A stretch of DNA of 64,000 bases from an uncultured delta proteobacterium (GTDB taxonomy: Bacteria; Desulfobacterota; Binatia; JACPRU01). The stretch is taken from contig CAVUWD010000010.1 of the NCBI GenBank assembly GCA_963745025.1, forward strand, positions 192,001-256,000. The letters are read 5' to 3'. A model generated the notes under the pieces. That model did no database searches. It saw nothing but the letters and a program-made list of their open reading frames with translations, and was not told where the DNA came from. Both the position numbers and the translations under genes were made by a program. Below, piece by piece: positions 35,997 through 44,918 of the stretch; within the stretch, counting starts at the first letter, position 1; each line of letters starts with the position of its first letter.

Positions 35997-36434
35997 ATGG
36001 GAGATACCTTCAGGCTTGTCGCCGCCGCGACCGCGCTGCTCACTGCCGCTTGCTGCGGCACCGTCCCGGAGACCCTGCGACGCCATACCTATCCGCCGTC
36101 GTTCAACTACGTGCCGCACGAGGATCTCCACTCCGCAATGTGGCAGCTCGCCCACGATACGTACGAGCTCGACCGGATCCTCCGCGAAAGTGCGAGCGGA
36201 GGCGGTTACCCCCGCGAAGAGATTCTCCGCTTACTCGCCGGCATGGACGAGGCGGCTCGCAGCCTCGGCCCGGGCGGATGGCCTGCGAATCACCCGCAGA
36301 TCGGCGCGAACGTCGACCTGCTGCGGCAGGACATCGAGCGCGCGCGGCAGGCGGCAGAGCGTAATCCGCCGAGCTACTTTTACGCCGGCGCGGTCTCGGG
36401 CGCCTGCCTGTACTGCCACGCCTCGCGACCGTGA
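35997..36434 (+). CDS. Lipoprotein with a C-terminal CxxCH (class II cytochrome c-like)
   Basis: Signal peptide with Cys, helical body, terminal GACLYCH. Confidence 0.72.
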   Translation: MGDTFRLVAAATALLTAACCGTVPETLRRHTYPPSFNYVPHEDLHSAMWQLAHDTYELDRILRESASGGGYPREEILRLLAGMDEAARSLGPGGWPANHPQIGANVDLLRQDIERARQAAERNPPSYFYAGAVSGACLYCHASRP

Positions 36435-36559
36435 GGACCAGGGTCCGCTCTCGCCTCCATGCTCGCCGCCGCTGCCGAGAAAATCGGATGACCCCCGGAG
36501 CCGTGCGCGCGGGGTGCCGACTCGAATTCGCTCGATGGTGCGCGGGACAAGGAAGGTGG

Positions 36560-37467
36560 TCACGGGCAAACCAGCGTGCCCGCACGTCCCCCACAAGCCT
36601 CCTCGAGCTCTACGATCGTCGTGATGAGCGCCGCACGGCCCGTCGCTTCCGTGAAGGCGACGGCGCTCTCGACCTTCGGCGCCATCGAGCCGGCTAGAAA
36701 CGTGCCCGACGCCAGGCGACGACGCGCTTCGGCAACGGTCATCTTGCCGATGGGTCGCGCCTGCGCGCTGCCGAAGGCCTCGAACGCGCACGGCACGTCG
36801 GTGGCGAAGAGGAGCCGCTCCGCATCGAACGCGATCGCCAGCAGCGCCGCCACCCAGTCCTTGTCGATCACGGCGGGCTGCGGCGCGCGGCCGCGCTCGC
36901 GCGCGGCGAGCGCCACGCCTCCGCCTCCGCCTGCGACCACGTGATGGGTCGCGAGCAGCACGCGGATCGCCTGCGATTCCAGTACGGCGATCGGCCGCGG
37001 CGAGGCGACGACGCGCCGAAAGCCGTGCCCGCCGGGAATCGGCACAGACGGAACGCCGAGCGGTGGATGCGCGAGGATCGCGCCGACGGGCTTCGTCGGC
37101 GAGCGAAAGGCCTCGTCGTGCGGATCCACGAGGGCTCGCGTGACGAGCGCTGCGCACGGCTCGTCCGCCAGACGCGTCTCGAGCGCTTCCGCCAAGAGAT
37201 AGCCGAGCTCTCCCTGCGTCTGTGCCACGTGAACGTCGAGGCTCTCGGAGTCCCCGATGCCCTGCGCACAGAGCAAGCGGCCGACCTGCGGTCCGTTGCC
37301 GTGGACAACGAGCAGGCGCGCGCCCTGCACGGCGAGCCGCGCGATCTCGGCGGCTGCTCGCCCGATCACGGCGCGCTCGGCGCGAACGAGAGATCTCCTG
37401 CCGGCGGGCTGATCGCGTTTCCGCCGAGGGCGACGACGACGAGGGGGCGTGACGCGTCCGACGTCAT
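36560..37467 (-). CDS. arcC: Carbamate kinase; frameshift at ~37380
   Basis: N-terminal VVALGGNA in the frame starting at ATG 37467; then HGNGPQVG, PTKPVG, RRVVASP, AVIDKD, GSMAPKV. Confidence 0.88.
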
Positions 37468-38825
37468 GAGCGGCGCCCGAGCCGATCGCCGAGGTGCTCG
37501 AGGAAGCCGTCGACGATCGATCCGAGCGTGGGCTCGCCGGCCTCGGCGAACTCGTAGCGGGCGCGCACGATCGGCTTGCCCACAGCGATCAGCGCGGCGA
37601 GATCGATCGGCGTAGCCGAGACGACGACCTCGGCATCCGAGCGCTCGATGGTCTCACGCAGCGCCTCGAGCTGCGCGGCGCCGTAACCGACCGCGGGCAG
37701 AACCGCGCCGATGTGCGCATGGCGAGCGAAGACCTCGCGGATCGGTGCAGGTGCAGACGCGCGCGGATCGACGATGGCACCCGCTCCGGCTCGAAGGGCG
37801 GCGACCAAGCCCGCGCCGTAAGGCATACCGCCGTGCGTGACGGTGGGACCGTCCTCGACGACCAGCACGCGTCGGCCACGAACCGCCCGAGGCTCGTCGA
37901 GCCGCACCGGCGAAGCGGCACGCACCACGGTCGCGTGCGCGTTCAGCCCACGTACCGCGTCGATCACGCGTTGTACGTCGGCGTCCGCGGCCGCGTCGAC
38001 CTTGTTCACCACGACGACGTCGGCCATGCGCAGCACGGCCTCGCCCGGATGGTAGCCGTCGACCTGGCCCGGCCGGAGTGCGTCGACTACGACGATGTGA
38101 AGATCGGGGCGGACGAAGGAGAAATCGTTGTTGCCGCCGTCCCAGACGATCAGATCGGCGTGCTCGGCCGCCTGCCGGACGATCTCGGCGTAGTCGATTC
38201 CCGCGAACACGACGTTGCCGGCCGCGAGATGCGGCTCGTACTCCTCTCGCTCCTCGATCGTGCAGCGCGCCCGTTCGAGATCCTCCCGCGCGGCGAAGCG
38301 TTGCACGCGCTGCTGCTCGAGGCTGCCATACGGCATCGGGTGGCGAAGCACGGCCACACGCAGCGCCTGCTCACGCAGCCGTCGGCCAAGCCAACGGGCG
38401 ATCTGCGACTTGCCGCATCCGGTGCGCACCGCGCAAACCGCAATCACGGGAATCGCCGCTTCGAGCATCGTGCTGTCCGGTCCGAGGAGCAGAAAGTCGG
38501 CGCCGACCGCCAGGGCCCGGGAGGCGAGGTGCATGACGTGGGCGTGGGAGACGTCGCTGTAGGCGAAAACGACTTGCGTGACACCCTCGCGAGCGCAGAT
38601 CGTCTCGAGATCGGCCTCGCGCTCGATCGGGATCCCCTCTGGATAGAGCGCACCTGCGAGCGACGGCGGATAACGGCGGTCGGTGATGCCGGGGATCTGC
38701 GCCGCCGTGAACGCGACCACGGCGACGTTCGGATCGTCGCGATAGCGCACGTTGAAGTCGTGGAAATCTCGGCCCGCGGCGCCGAGGATCACGATCCGGC
38801 TCTTCGGAGTCTTTTCGTTTTTCAC
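37464..38825 (-). CDS. Cyclic 2,3-diphosphoglycerate synthetase-like P-loop protein, candidate arginine synthetase (ArcE)
   Basis: GAAGRDFHDFN, AFTAAQIP, AVRTGCGKS, RHPMPYG, EREEYEPH, WDGGNND, EDGPTVTHG; coupled to carbamate kinase. Confidence 0.8.
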   Translation of the reverse strand: MKNEKTPKSRIVILGAAGRDFHDFNVRYRDDPNVAVVAFTAAQIPGITDRRYPPSLAGALYPEGIPIEREADLETICAREGVTQVVFAYSDVSHAHVMHLASRALAVGADFLLLGPDSTMLEAAIPVIAVCAVRTGCGKSQIARWLGRRLREQALRVAVLRHPMPYGSLEQQRVQRFAAREDLERARCTIEEREEYEPHLAAGNVVFAGIDYAEIVRQAAEHADLIVWDGGNNDFSFVRPDLHIVVVDALRPGQVDGYHPGEAVLRMADVVVVNKVDAAADADVQRVIDAVRGLNAHATVVRAASPVRLDEPRAVRGRRVLVVEDGPTVTHGGMPYGAGLVAALRAGAGAIVDPRASAPAPIREVFARHAHIGAVLPAVGYGAAQLEALRETIERSDAEVVVSATPIDLAALIAVGKPIVRARYEFAEAGEPTLGSIVDGFLEHLGDRLGRRS

Positions 38826-38893
38826 GCCGTCTTCGGCCGCGTGCCCCCGGAACGTGCGCCCGGGCGCAGGACCGTTCACTCCAAGCGATTTCA

Positions 38894-38909
38894 ACCAATG
38901 ATCGTGCCA
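38894..38909 (-). promoter_or_regulatory. Sigma-54-like promoter with a variant -12 element
   Basis: TGGCACGATCATTGGT: perfect -24, TTGG at -12; 15/16 identical to 44763-44778. Confidence 0.55.
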
Positions 38910-38924
38910 GCGATGCGGTCTTCG

Positions 38925-38940
38925 TGGAGCGGTGCTTGCA
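38925..38940 (+). promoter_or_regulatory. Sigma-54 promoter of the small ORF at 38967
   Basis: TGGAGCGGTGCTTGCA (GG-N10-GC). Confidence 0.6.
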
Positions 38941-38966
38941 TGGCAAGACCTCGGAGGATTCTCGAA

Positions 38967-39212
38967 ATGTCCCTTTCGAAACATCTGGAAGCCGCCGTCG
39001 AGAAGCTGAAGAATGCCGAGTCGCGAATCGGAGCAGCGAGAAACAAAGCTTCGAGCCCCGAGGACTTGCGGCTATGGTTGGTCGCTCTGAGCGACTTCTG
39101 CTTGGCACTATCCGACATCCAGACGTTCAACAACGAGTCGGTGCACGAAAAGCTTCACGAGCTTGCCGAGCGTATCGGGCTCAAGAAATTTTCTTCTCAC
39201 CCGTCGAAATGA
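38967..39212 (+). CDS. Small helical hypothetical protein (81 aa)
   Basis: GGAGG RBS; amphipathic MSLSKHLEAAVEKL...NNESVHEKLHELAE; own candidate promoter. Confidence 0.65.
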   Translation: MSLSKHLEAAVEKLKNAESRIGAARNKASSPEDLRLWLVALSDFCLALSDIQTFNNESVHEKLHELAERIGLKKFSSHPSK

Positions 39213-39300
39213 GGACCCGCCGCGTGTGAGAGCCGGTTGGTTCTCGGTTTCGAGAGAGGGCGGCCCGAGAATTCCCGGCAATCGGAACAATAGAGCGCGA

Positions 39301-39777
39301 ATGAAGATCAAGCGAATACTCGCCCCAACCGATTTCTCGCCGCCGTCGCTCGCGGCAATCGATCACGCCGTCGACCTGGCGCGAACGTTCGACGCCGAAG
39401 TGATCCTGCTGTTCGTCCAGGAGGCTCCCTATTTTGGTCCCGAGCCTGACCCGTACGTAGTCTCGGCGAACTTCCGCCTGCTATTCGCCGAGCATCAGCG
39501 CGTCGTCAGGGAGCAGATGTCGGCGCTCCACGCGAGACTCGGGAAGCGGGGCGCGCGCTGCCGCGCGGTGCTCGGCGAGGGCAACGCGGCGGCGCAGATC
39601 CTGGCCACGGCGCGGAAGGTGAAGGCGGACCTGATCGTCATGGCAACGCATGGACGAACGGGAGCGAAGCGATTCTTCGTCGGAAGTGTCGCGGAAAAGG
39701 TCGTCCGGGGGGCGCGATGTCCCGTTCTGACCCTGCGTCTGGCGCCGGCCGCTCGGCCAAGACGCCGGTCGAAGTAG
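39301..39777 (+). CDS. Universal stress protein
   Basis: ILAPTDFS; IVMATHGRTG...VGSVAEKVVR..CPVL. Confidence 0.93.
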   Translation: MKIKRILAPTDFSPPSLAAIDHAVDLARTFDAEVILLFVQEAPYFGPEPDPYVVSANFRLLFAEHQRVVREQMSALHARLGKRGARCRAVLGEGNAAAQILATARKVKADLIVMATHGRTGAKRFFVGSVAEKVVRGARCPVLTLRLAPAARPRRRSK

Positions 39778-39912
39778 TCAACTCGACCCTGCCGCCTCAG
39801 CAATCCGGCCTCATCGAGGCTCATCGCCGCCCGATCGACGAGGTCTATGCTCACCGACCCCATCCAATCGATCTAGCAGAAATGAATCGCGGAGCGGGTT
39901 ATATGCGCGGCC

Positions 39913-40419
39913 TCATCTACCCCGCCGCGTCCCGATTCGCCGCCCGCTCCGGCTGCTGACGGCTCGGTGGGAACGCGTCGGTGCTGGGCCGGAGCGCACC
40001 GTGAGCACCGGGCATTGAGCCGTGCGTACGACCCGCTCGGCCACACTGCCGATCATGAAGCGTGAAAAGCCGGTTCGCCCATGAGTGCCGATGACGATGA
40101 GATCGGCGCCGAGTTTACGCGCGGCCTCGATGATCGCCGAAGCGGCCATGCCGCCGACGACGAGGCTGCGAACGCGCGACGCTCGCTTGGCGAGGTGAAG
40201 CGCCCGGCGCTCGAGCTCTGCGCGCGCCGCTTTGTCTTGCTCCTGGAGGAACGAAGCCACCTCTGGCGCGGCGAGGATACTGGTCGCGTCGACCGGTTCG
40301 GCACAAAATAGCAACAGGACTTCAGCATCGAGGGTTCGAGCCAAGTCGGCCGCTAGGTCTTCTGCGGGCATCGAAGCTCCGGAGAGATCCGTCGGCACTA
40401 GGATACGCTTGATGCGCAT
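39913..40419 (-). CDS. Universal stress protein
   Basis: ILVPTDLS; IVIGTHGRTG...IGSVAERVVR..CPVL. Confidence 0.93.
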   Translation of the reverse strand: MRIKRILVPTDLSGASMPAEDLAADLARTLDAEVLLLFCAEPVDATSILAAPEVASFLQEQDKAARAELERRALHLAKRASRVRSLVVGGMAASAIIEAARKLGADLIVIGTHGRTGFSRFMIGSVAERVVRTAQCPVLTVRSGPAPTRSHRAVSSRSGRRIGTRRGR

Positions 40420-40605
40420 GGGTGAGTGCTCGCTCTCAAAAGGCCATTGGTTCTGAGTGCTGTGACATCGGGGCTCAGCTCATGATTGGCATATTTTCAA
40501 CCTCACGGTGCGTGCCACAGAGCCATTGGCCGCGTGTATAGAAGCCCATGCCGATTGGCAATGTATCTGACCGCACGTCAGGTAGAAGACGGAGAAGCGC
40601 ACACG

Positions 40606-41640
40606 ATGGTCCACATCGATGGAAGCCAGCGCTCGGGAAGCGGCACGATCGTTCGGTTCGCGACGGTGCTCGCGGTGGCGTACGGGCGGCCGGTCCACGT
40701 CTTCAATGCCCGCGTTCGCCGCCCCAAGCCCGGCCTCCGCCCACAGCACCTGACGACGGTTCGGGCCCTCGCCGAAGTCTGTGACGGGACGGTCACGGGA
40801 GCCGCAGTGGACTCTCGCGAGTTCGTCCTCACGCCCGGGCGGCTCCGCGGCGGTCGCTTCGAGTGGGACATCGGCACGGCGGGATCCGCGACGATGCTCG
40901 CGCTCGGCATTCTTCCTGCCGCGTGCCTCGCGCCCTCGGCGCTGACCGCGCGGATCACCGGAGGCGTCTTCCAGGATTTCGCGCCGTCCCCCTTTCATCT
41001 TCAGCACGTTCTCCTTCCTCTGCTTCGAAGCATGGGCATCGAGGCCGAGCTCGAGGTGATCCGCCCTGGATACCTGCCGTCGGGCGGAGGCGAGATCGAG
41101 CTCCGCACGAGGCCCGTGCGCGGCCCGCTCACGGCGATCCACCTCGGCGAGCCGGGCATCCCCCGAGACGTGGCCGGTATCGCCCTCGCGAGCAGGCTCG
41201 CGGAGCGGCGCGTCGCCGACCGCATGGCCGAAACCTGCGAGACGGCGCTTGCTTCGTCCGGGGTCGGGTCGCGCATCGAGCGGAGGTACGACGAGACCGC
41301 GAGCCACGCCGGAGCGGCGCTCGCGATCTGGGCGACGACGTCGACAGGTTGCCGGCTGGGAGCCGATCGGGCTGGTGCGCCGCGCCGCACTTCCGAGACG
41401 ATCGGGCGTAGCGTCGCGGCGGCATTGCTCGCCGACCTCGCGACCGGTGCGACCGTCGACCGTCACCTCGCCGATCAGCTCGTGCTCTTCGCCGCGCTCG
41501 CGAAGGGCCCGAGTGAATGGATCGTGCCGCAGTGGACCGAGCACGTCGAGTCCAATCTTTGGCTCGCCGAGCGGTTCGGCGCGGTTGTGCGACGTGGCGG
41601 CCACCGGGTGGAGATCGGCGGCGTGCCGCCATCGTCGTGA
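40606..41640 (+). CDS. rtcA: RNA 3'-terminal phosphate cyclase
   Basis: IDGS..SGSGTIVR, RPKPGLRPQH, GYLPSGGG, DRHLADQL (adenylated His). Confidence 0.9.
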   Translation: MVHIDGSQRSGSGTIVRFATVLAVAYGRPVHVFNARVRRPKPGLRPQHLTTVRALAEVCDGTVTGAAVDSREFVLTPGRLRGGRFEWDIGTAGSATMLALGILPAACLAPSALTARITGGVFQDFAPSPFHLQHVLLPLLRSMGIEAELEVIRPGYLPSGGGEIELRTRPVRGPLTAIHLGEPGIPRDVAGIALASRLAERRVADRMAETCETALASSGVGSRIERRYDETASHAGAALAIWATTSTGCRLGADRAGAPRRTSETIGRSVAAALLADLATGATVDRHLADQLVLFAALAKGPSEWIVPQWTEHVESNLWLAERFGAVVRRGGHRVEIGGVPPSS

Positions 41641-41817
41641 AGGCGACCTCGTCGGCGTCGATCGCCCGCGTCGTCGCTCCTCACAGCCGACGAGCGATCA
41701 GGCGGCCATCATTCTCGCGCTCGAAGCGCGTGCCGAACGAGCCGCGACCGAGAGACCCGCGATGTGGCTCGCGAGTCGCAAATCTCGAGCAGTATGCGAG
41801 ATTCGCTGTAACCGAAG

Positions 41818-42612
41818 TCACGCCGCCGTGTTCGATTGCGAGAGCTTGCGATCGCCGATCGCGCTGAGAGTCCGAAGCACTTCCTCGGCCTTGATCGGTC
41901 GCCGGCCCGAAGACATGGAAGACCTGTGAGCCGCTCCCCGTGTGATATCGTTGAGGGAGAGGATCCCCACTAAACGATGATCGTCGTCTACCACAGGCAG
42001 GCGGCGGACCTGCCGCCGGCTCATAATCTCCTCGGCCACCGATAGCGGGTCCTCGGACCGGCAGAAGGCGACGTCCTTCGACATCACGTCTGACACGCGG
42101 AGCTCGGTGAGCGGGCGGTTGCAGAAGTACGCGGCCATGCAGACATCGCGATCGGTCAGCATCCCGAGCACGTGCGACGCGCCATCGAGCACGGGAACGC
42201 AACCGCAGTCGCGCTCCCAGAGAATTCTCGCCGCGGCGTTCAAGGGATCAGCGGCGCCGCAGCTCGCCACGTCGCGCGACATGAGCTCTGCGACCTTGGT
42301 CGCTGCGGCCTTCGACGCAGAGTGCGCGCGAAGCCGGGAAACGGCTCCTTCGAGCCCAACCGCCATCTCCTGCCACGCCTTCTCGGCCGCCTCCCGAAGT
42401 TCCTCCCAGGCGTGCTCTCCCGCCCCTCGCAGCTCGCGAATCTTCTCCGTCGCCTCGTCACGGCGGGACTGCAGGGCGGCGATCTGCTTCGCATATTCGG
42501 CGCGGCGGGCGGACGTCACCTTGCGGACCCGAGCCTTGAGGTCCTCCAACCGCGCGGACCACTCGCGCATCTGTGCCTCGAGCTTTTCGACGAATGCCTC
42601 ACGATCTGGCAT
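41818..42612 (-). CDS. Coiled-coil domain fused to a CBS pair
   Basis: N-terminal KLEAQMREW...AWEELR coiled coil; CBS DCGCVPV, GMLTDRD, VRRLPVVD. Confidence 0.8.
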   Translation of the reverse strand: MPDREAFVEKLEAQMREWSARLEDLKARVRKVTSARRAEYAKQIAALQSRRDEATEKIRELRGAGEHAWEELREAAEKAWQEMAVGLEGAVSRLRAHSASKAAATKVAELMSRDVASCGAADPLNAAARILWERDCGCVPVLDGASHVLGMLTDRDVCMAAYFCNRPLTELRVSDVMSKDVAFCRSEDPLSVAEEIMSRRQVRRLPVVDDDHRLVGILSLNDITRGAAHRSSMSSGRRPIKAEEVLRTLSAIGDRKLSQSNTAA

Positions 42613-43324
42613 GGCTGCTCCTCTCTTTGGCCTGCTGCTTCGGCCGAAGGTGATCGATGAACCACTCGCGAGCGAGCTGGGCCACCGCTTCCAGCGTGCC
42701 TGGCTCCTCGAAGAGATGTGTGGCTCCGGGAACGATCTCGAGCTTCTTTTCGCAGCGGAGCTGCGAGAGTGCTTCGCTGTTCATGAGGATCACCGGCGTA
42801 TCTTCCCCACCGACGATGAGCAGCGTCGGCGCCTGAACCCGCGCCAACGCGGATCCGGCGAGGTCCGGCCGCCCGCCGCGAGACACCACTGCGCCTACGA
42901 CGCGGGGCCGCTCGGCGGCCGCAACCAATGCCGCCCCGCCGCCGGTGCTGGCGCCGAAGTAACCGACCCTGAGATCACGCGTGGCAGGTCGAGAAGCGAG
43001 CCAGTCGGTGGCCCCGACGAGTCGCTGGGTGAGCAAGGGGATGTCGAAGCGAAGCTCCGCCGTTCGCGCATCGATCTGCTCTTCGTCCTCCGTCAGCAAG
43101 TCGAAGAGTAAGGTTCCGAGGCCGCCCTGGTGAAGCACCTCGGCGACGTACCGATTGCGCGGGCTATGCCGGCTGCTGCCGCTTCCGTGCGCGAACAGCA
43201 CGACGCCGCACGTCCCGACGGGCAGGGCCAGGCTGCCATCGAGCACGACCGGAGGTGCCGAGATGCGGACGGGAGACTGCTGGCTGTCCCGCGTGTGCGC
43301 CCTGGTCGCTGCGATGTGCTTCAT
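42599..43324 (-). CDS. Dienelactone hydrolase-like alpha/beta hydrolase
   Basis: FAHGSGSSRHSPRN, nucleophile GYFGASTG, GGED, GATHLFEE. Confidence 0.88.
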   Translation of the reverse strand: MKHIAATRAHTRDSQQSPVRISAPPVVLDGSLALPVGTCGVVLFAHGSGSSRHSPRNRYVAEVLHQGGLGTLLFDLLTEDEEQIDARTAELRFDIPLLTQRLVGATDWLASRPATRDLRVGYFGASTGGGAALVAAAERPRVVGAVVSRGGRPDLAGSALARVQAPTLLIVGGEDTPVILMNSEALSQLRCEKKLEIVPGATHLFEEPGTLEAVAQLAREWFIDHLRPKQQAKERSSHARS

Positions 43325-43381
43325 AGAAGCTCCTCCGCGCTGCACGCCGCTCGTGTGCCCGATCTGCCGTTTCAGGCCAGG

Positions 43382-44125
43382 TCAACGGGCTGCAGGCATC
43401 GTCGGCTCCACGAGCACGTGGTTGATCACGCTTCTGACGCCGAACACGTACCACGCATCTGCCTCCGCCATCTCCTTCTCGGAGTCCGACGCCACGAGCC
43501 CGTCGAGGGTCACGGTCTCGTTCGCACATGTCACCCGGATCTGCGACGCGTTGACGAATGGGTCCTTCTCGAGCGCCAGACGTACCGCGTCGGTGATCTC
43601 GTCGTCGCTGTCCTCTTCAGGAGGGGACACGCCGAGGCCGTTTACGACGTCGCGGCTCCCCGGCACCCACCACGCAAGGACGCCGGCGAGGCGCTTGTGC
43701 TCGAGGCCGGGAACGTCGCCGTCCAGCGTCACCACGCCGTCCTCTACCGAGCATTCGATGGCTCCGCGTGGCGAGCCCGCACCTCTGCGAACCAGTTCCG
43801 AACGGCCTTTGACCCGTTGGTGGATCGCGCATTCGGCGAATGCGGTGTCTTGCGCGAGCGAGTGACAGACGCCATCGCGGATCTCGGCGTCGCTCATGTG
43901 CCGGGCCGGGGCGATCTGCAATCGGTCCACGATCGCGTCGACGCCCGGAACGGCGGCGGCACGAACGAGCGCGAGCTTCTTCATCGATAGGCTTGGAAGC
44001 TCGCCCTCGAGGATGAGGTCGCTGTCGCTGAGGGCGATGGTCATCGGGTGGAGCGACAGGTTGAGCTTGGGCTCGCTCGAGAGGGCGATTCGCACCGCCC
44101 GCAGGATCTCGGCCTTTCGGTTCAT
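43382..44125 (-). CDS. Multi-BON domain protein
   Basis: Repeated DxxI...VTLDG.V BON units. Confidence 0.82.
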   Translation of the reverse strand: MNRKAEILRAVRIALSSEPKLNLSLHPMTIALSDSDLILEGELPSLSMKKLALVRAAAVPGVDAIVDRLQIAPARHMSDAEIRDGVCHSLAQDTAFAECAIHQRVKGRSELVRRGAGSPRGAIECSVEDGVVTLDGDVPGLEHKRLAGVLAWWVPGSRDVVNGLGVSPPEEDSDDEITDAVRLALEKDPFVNASQIRVTCANETVTLDGLVASDSEKEMAEADAWYVFGVRSVINHVLVEPTMPAAR

Positions 44126-44194
44126 GGGGGGTCGTCGGCGCATCCCCGCAATTCCGACCCTAGGTGCAATCTCGGCCGCGGCTCGTGTCCTGCC

Positions 44195-44734
44195 TCACCG
44201 TGCCGCGCCGCGCTTCCAGGTGCCGAGCAAGCATCCGTCTTCCTCGTCCCAGTGGTATCGGACGCGTCCTCCCAGCAGCTTCTCGATCTGCTGACCGATG
44301 CGATGCGCGAGCTTTTGCGAAGTCGTCAAGACCTCGAGCTCGCCATCGACGGCCTCGATCGACACCACTCTGCGTTCGGGTTGAGTAAATCCGGCCCGGC
44401 TGGCGACATTGCGGATGCGGCGGCGTACGAGCGCCTCCTCCTCGGCACCTGCCAAGCCCCGCAGCCGTATCCGCCCGAAGTACTCGTCTCGGCTCACCTG
44501 ACGGCAAGCGGGACAGACGACCCACGTCGGGCCGGTGGCCAAGGCCGCAACCAATTGGCGCCCCTTCCGCCAGGTGCGCTTCTCGTAGACGGAGCCGCAG
44601 CGTTCACAAACCGAGTGATCGCGAATGTGCTCTTCGTCGGCCACGTGCTTGGTCTTCGATTGCAGGCTGCCGCGCCGAACGAGAGCCCGTACGAGTCCTT
44701 TACCCTTGCTGGTAGTCGCGCCTACTCTCTTCAT
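44195..44734 (-). CDS. BCAM0308/NMD3-like zinc-ribbon protein
   Basis: CERC...CPAC; TTSQKLAHRIG. Confidence 0.7.
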   Translation of the reverse strand: MKRVGATTSKGKGLVRALVRRGSLQSKTKHVADEEHIRDHSVCERCGSVYEKRTWRKGRQLVAALATGPTWVVCPACRQVSRDEYFGRIRLRGLAGAEEEALVRRRIRNVASRAGFTQPERRVVSIEAVDGELEVLTTSQKLAHRIGQQIEKLLGGRVRYHWDEEDGCLLGTWKRGAAR

Positions 44735-44762
44735 GGATCGCAATCCTCTCGATGTCAGTTAC

Positions 44763-44778
44763 ACCAACGATCGTGCCA
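44763..44778 (-). promoter_or_regulatory. Sigma-54-like promoter with a variant -12 element
   Basis: TGGCACGATCGTTGGT. Confidence 0.55.
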
Positions 44779-44918
44779 CTTCGAACGCGACGCCGATTGG
44801 CGAGCACCGCATGATGATTTGGCGCGATGATCTTCTCTATCACAGGAAAACTGGCTGCGCCGACTCCCGAATCATAGAAAGTCTGGTCGATCCCCCTCCC
44901 GGTCATTACGTCCCCGCT

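Noticed and set aside
43345-43360. GG-N10-GC upstream of the alpha/beta hydrolase (GGGCACACGAGCGGCG)
   Set aside because: Lacks TTGC-like context and is easily matched by chance at this GC content.
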